From Octopus bimaculoides (lineage: Eukaryota): a stretch of 53,202 nt of DNA. Shown here piece by piece: positions 52,784-53,202 of the stretch. The stretch is taken from NCBI RefSeq assembly GCF_001194135.2, contig NC_068999.1:17921680-17974881 (forward strand). Direction: 5' to 3'. The first letter of the stretch is position 1. Each line of letters begins with the position of its first letter. The position numbers and the translations under genes were made by a program. The notes beneath the pieces are model-generated. The model did not search any database. It was given only the letters and a program-made list of their open reading frames with translations, and was not told where the DNA came from.

Positions 52784-53202
52784 TACCTAAGTTATTGCCA
52801 AGTCCTTACATCTATACCCTATCATCTTCATGCAAATCCTACCCAACTTCAAAATGTTCAAACTGATAGTTCAAATAACCCTAAAAGAGTAAATAATAAA
52901 TTTGCCAATTCAAGAAACAACAGTTTAAAGAAAATGAAGAATTCTGTGATGTCTCAAATTTCGTCTAAACGTAAAGCCAATCAAAGTTCAGTTATTTCTA
53001 AATACAGTAAGAAAAGAACTGAACTTACTGACTTGAGAAAAATTAAAACATCAACGAATAGCAAATGTCAAGTACATAAGAAACGTGACTCGACAAAACT
53101 GAATTCTAAATCTATACGTTTTCCAAACAACAATCGGGGTCAGAAAATCCTACCCAGTCCTAAGAACTCTGCAATAATAAATCAGCTTCAAAGTCCTGTT
53201 AA
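52784..53202 (+). CDS. Candidate coding exon or retroelement ORF start, S/N/K-rich, incomplete at window edge
   Basis: 139 stop-free codons after TAG at 52781-83 to the window end (YLSYCQVLTSIPYHLHANPTQ...KILPSPKNSAIINQLQSPV); no recognisable domain. Confidence 0.4.

Overview
AT-rich, gapped eukaryotic genomic DNA, most likely octopus/cephalopod. This is an inference from the tRNA-derived SINE types, R4/Dong-type LINE relics and the very high microsatellite density. Thirteen N-gaps (~4.7 kb) mostly sit inside TA/CA dinucleotide runs. I can support no intact host gene, RNA gene, CRISPR array or prokaryotic system; nearly every ORF in the track is a microsatellite/N artefact or a transposon fragment. 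The window is mainly decayed mobile elements: three mariner relics, one Tc1 relic, six R4/Dong-like LINE fragments, a probable Penelope-like fragment, possible RTE fragments and several SINEs. Best leads: (1) two copies of a symmetric mariner derivative made of two 5' ends with the same internal junction; (2) R4/Dong 3' ends nested in (AAT)n arrays; (3) two local duplications at LINE junctions that look templated; (4) a (TTAGGG)4 insert flanked by 10-bp direct repeats; (5) a tRNA-headed SINE with a possible hammerhead relic; (6) a stop-free 139-codon frame running off the right edge, missing from the ORF track. Family assignments come from remembered motifs, not database searches. I see no strong evidence for a wholly new biological system.
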